Below are positions 62,243-64,000 of a stretch of 64,000 nt of DNA, piece after piece. The stretch covers positions 64,001 to 128,000 of the forward strand of contig CAWCVB010000007.1 in NCBI GenBank assembly GCA_963798915.1. The letters are read 5' to 3'. Every line of letters starts with the position of its first letter. The stretch's first letter is position 1. The notes beneath the pieces are model-generated. The model had not been told where the DNA came from. It made no database searches and worked only from the letters and a program-made list of their open reading frames with translations. The position numbers were made by a program, and so were the translations under genes. Source of the stretch: an uncultured Gemmatimonadales bacterium (GTDB taxonomy: Bacteria > Gemmatimonadota > Gemmatimonadetes > Gemmatimonadales > GWC2-71-9).

Positions 62243-63721
62243 TCACTCAGCCCCCAGCATCAGGCGGCCAATCTCCTCGCGACCCGGGACCCGTGGCCCA
62301 TGATTCATGACTTCAGTCAGGTGACCGCCCTGCATCACCATCACTCGATCCGACAACGCCAGGACTTCATCGAGATCGGACGAATAGACCAGCACACCGG
62401 CGCCGGCATCCGCAGCAGCACGCAGCCGGTCATGAATGGCACGCGCCGCGGCCACATCCAGTCCGCGCGTGGGATCCTCCGCGATGATCGCCGCCGGCCG
62501 CTGTTCCAGCGCGCGTGCCAGCACCAGCTTCTGCTGGTTGCCGCCCGAGAGCGCGGCTGCTGGCCGAGTGACGGCTGGCGCCGAGATGTCAAAATCTTCA
62601 ATCAGTTGTGCGGTGCGTTCCCGAGCCTGCTTCCACCGCACGCGGCCCCGGCCGCTCCACCCTGGCGAATCGCTGAGGCCAAGCACCATGTTTTCGACAA
62701 GGGAGAGGGCGGGAATCAATCCCTCGGTGGTGCGGTCTTCCGGTATGAATGCCAGCGGCCTGACGACTTCAGTTCGGCCTCGCAACACCGGCAGGAGGCC
62801 CGCGAGCGCCCGAAGCAGCTCGCGCTGGCCGTTGCCCTCCACGGCAGCGATGGCGACAATCTCTCCCGCACGGACCGACAGCGACGCCTGCCGCACCGCC
62901 AGTCCCGGGCGGTGTTCGTTGAGGACCTCCAGTGCAATACCCCCGATGGCAATCGGTGCATCGGCCGGGGCGGGAACGCGCTGCACCTGATGGTCCAGCA
63001 GTTCGGCCGCATCGAGACCAACCATGGCCGTCGCCAATGCACGCGGGGTCAGGTCGGATGGGACCCCTTCCAGGGTCACCACGCCGCGCCTCAGCACCGT
63101 TATCACGTCCGCATGCGCCAGAGCTTCGCGCAGGCGGTGGGTGATGAGCACGACGCTTCCACCCTGCCCGGCGAATTGACCAATGGTTGCCAGCAACGCC
63201 TCGGCTTCGGCCGGTGCGAGCACGGCCGTCGGTTCGTCGAGCAGCAGAATCCTGGCGTCCGCTGCCAGCGCTTTCACGATTTCCAGCCGCTGCTTCAGGG
63301 CGATCGAGAGTTGATCGGCCGGTCTGGCAGGATCAAGTGGCAGGTTGAGTCGAGCACAGACCGCTTCCACTCGGTCGGTCAGCTCCCGCGGTCGCACTTT
63401 CCAGCCGGCGGCAAGCGCGACGTTCTCCGCCACGGTGAACGAGGGAATCGCCGTCGCGTGCTGATGCACCATGCCGATCCCGGCCTGGCGGGCATCGCGC
63501 GGCGTCCGGATGCGGCGTTCGATGCCGTCAACGCATACCGTTCCCCGGTCGGCCCTCGCCATGCCATAGGCGATGTGCATGAGGGTGGACTTGCCCGCGC
63601 CGTTCTCGCCCAGCAGCGCGTGGATGGTGCCGGGCATGAGGCGGAAATCGACGCTGGAAAGCGCCTGCCTCGCGCCAAATCGCTTATCGACGCCCTTGAG
63701 CTCGAGCGCCGGCGCGGTCAC
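62243..63721 (-). CDS. ABC transporter ATP-binding protein (tandem domains)
   Basis: GENGAGKS, LLDEPT, LSGGNQQK. Confidence 0.95.
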   Translation of the reverse strand: MTAPALELKGVDKRFGARQALSSVDFRLMPGTIHALLGENGAGKSTLMHIAYGMARADRGTVCVDGIERRIRTPRDARQAGIGMVHQHATAIPSFTVAENVALAAGWKVRPRELTDRVEAVCARLNLPLDPARPADQLSIALKQRLEIVKALAADARILLLDEPTAVLAPAEAEALLATIGQFAGQGGSVVLITHRLREALAHADVITVLRRGVVTLEGVPSDLTPRALATAMVGLDAAELLDHQVQRVPAPADAPIAIGGIALEVLNEHRPGLAVRQASLSVRAGEIVAIAAVEGNGQRELLRALAGLLPVLRGRTEVVRPLAFIPEDRTTEGLIPALSLVENMVLGLSDSPGWSGRGRVRWKQARERTAQLIEDFDISAPAVTRPAAALSGGNQQKLVLARALEQRPAAIIAEDPTRGLDVAAARAIHDRLRAAADAGAGVLVYSSDLDEVLALSDRVMVMQGGHLTEVMNHGPRVPGREEIGRLMLGAE

Positions 63722-64000
63722 AGGCCGGTAGGGTGGTCGTGAAATTCCCAGGGAAGGTCGAACTGGTCCGACAGGTGAGAGGCGAGCGCCTGAACACCCA
63801 GTGTTTCGGTCGCGTAGTGACCGGCCAGGCAAAGATTGATGCGCCACTCGTCGGCATCGAACCAGGTGTGATGGTTCGCCTCGCCGGTCACGAACGCATC
63901 CAGCCCGAGCGCGCTCGCTTCGGCAATCATGGAGCCGGCCGCGCCCGTGATGATCCCGATGCGCTGAATCCGTTCCGGTCCCGCCGGGATGAGCACTGGC
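63718..64000 (-). CDS. Nif3-like dinuclear metal centre protein (partial)
   Basis: FVTGE..HH...AGHYATETLG. Confidence 0.88.
   Translation of the reverse strand, partial: PVLIPAGPERIQRIGIITGAAGSMIAEASALGLDAFVTGEANHHTWFDADEWRINLCLAGHYATETLGVQALASHLSDQFDLPWEFHDHPTGL

Overview
This is a GC-rich bacterial window, probably Gemmatimonadota (inferred from gene style). Positions ~1-56.7 kb form a large, ageing chromosomal integron. It has about 30 attC-like sites, well formed at 27.9-55.0 kb and progressively degraded toward the left. Nearly all cassette genes lie on the minus strand, and six toxin-antitoxin cassettes are present. One cassette is duplicated exactly from crossover to crossover. A 5'-truncated intI (55578-55860) is co-oriented with the cassettes and is followed by an attI-like site. 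The array contains IS481, three IS91/ISCR-like remnants and an IS110 family. The main finding is the IS110 element at 46828-48061. Its non-coding left end folds into an IS621-type bridge RNA whose target guides (GCGCCT/CGTTAG) match the attC core site and whose donor guides match its own circle junction. Five of the six IS110 ends sit directly at a cassette-boundary CT, and the sixth (10918) has the matching GCCT half-site. An inserted ECF sigma-Ser/Thr kinase block (20-26.7 kb) carries four copies of one promoter motif, defining a probable mini-regulon. Ordinary chromosomal genes resume at ~57.2 kb (VOC, threonine aldolase, AI-2E, ABC transporter, Nif3-like). All product calls come from motif recognition, not database searches.
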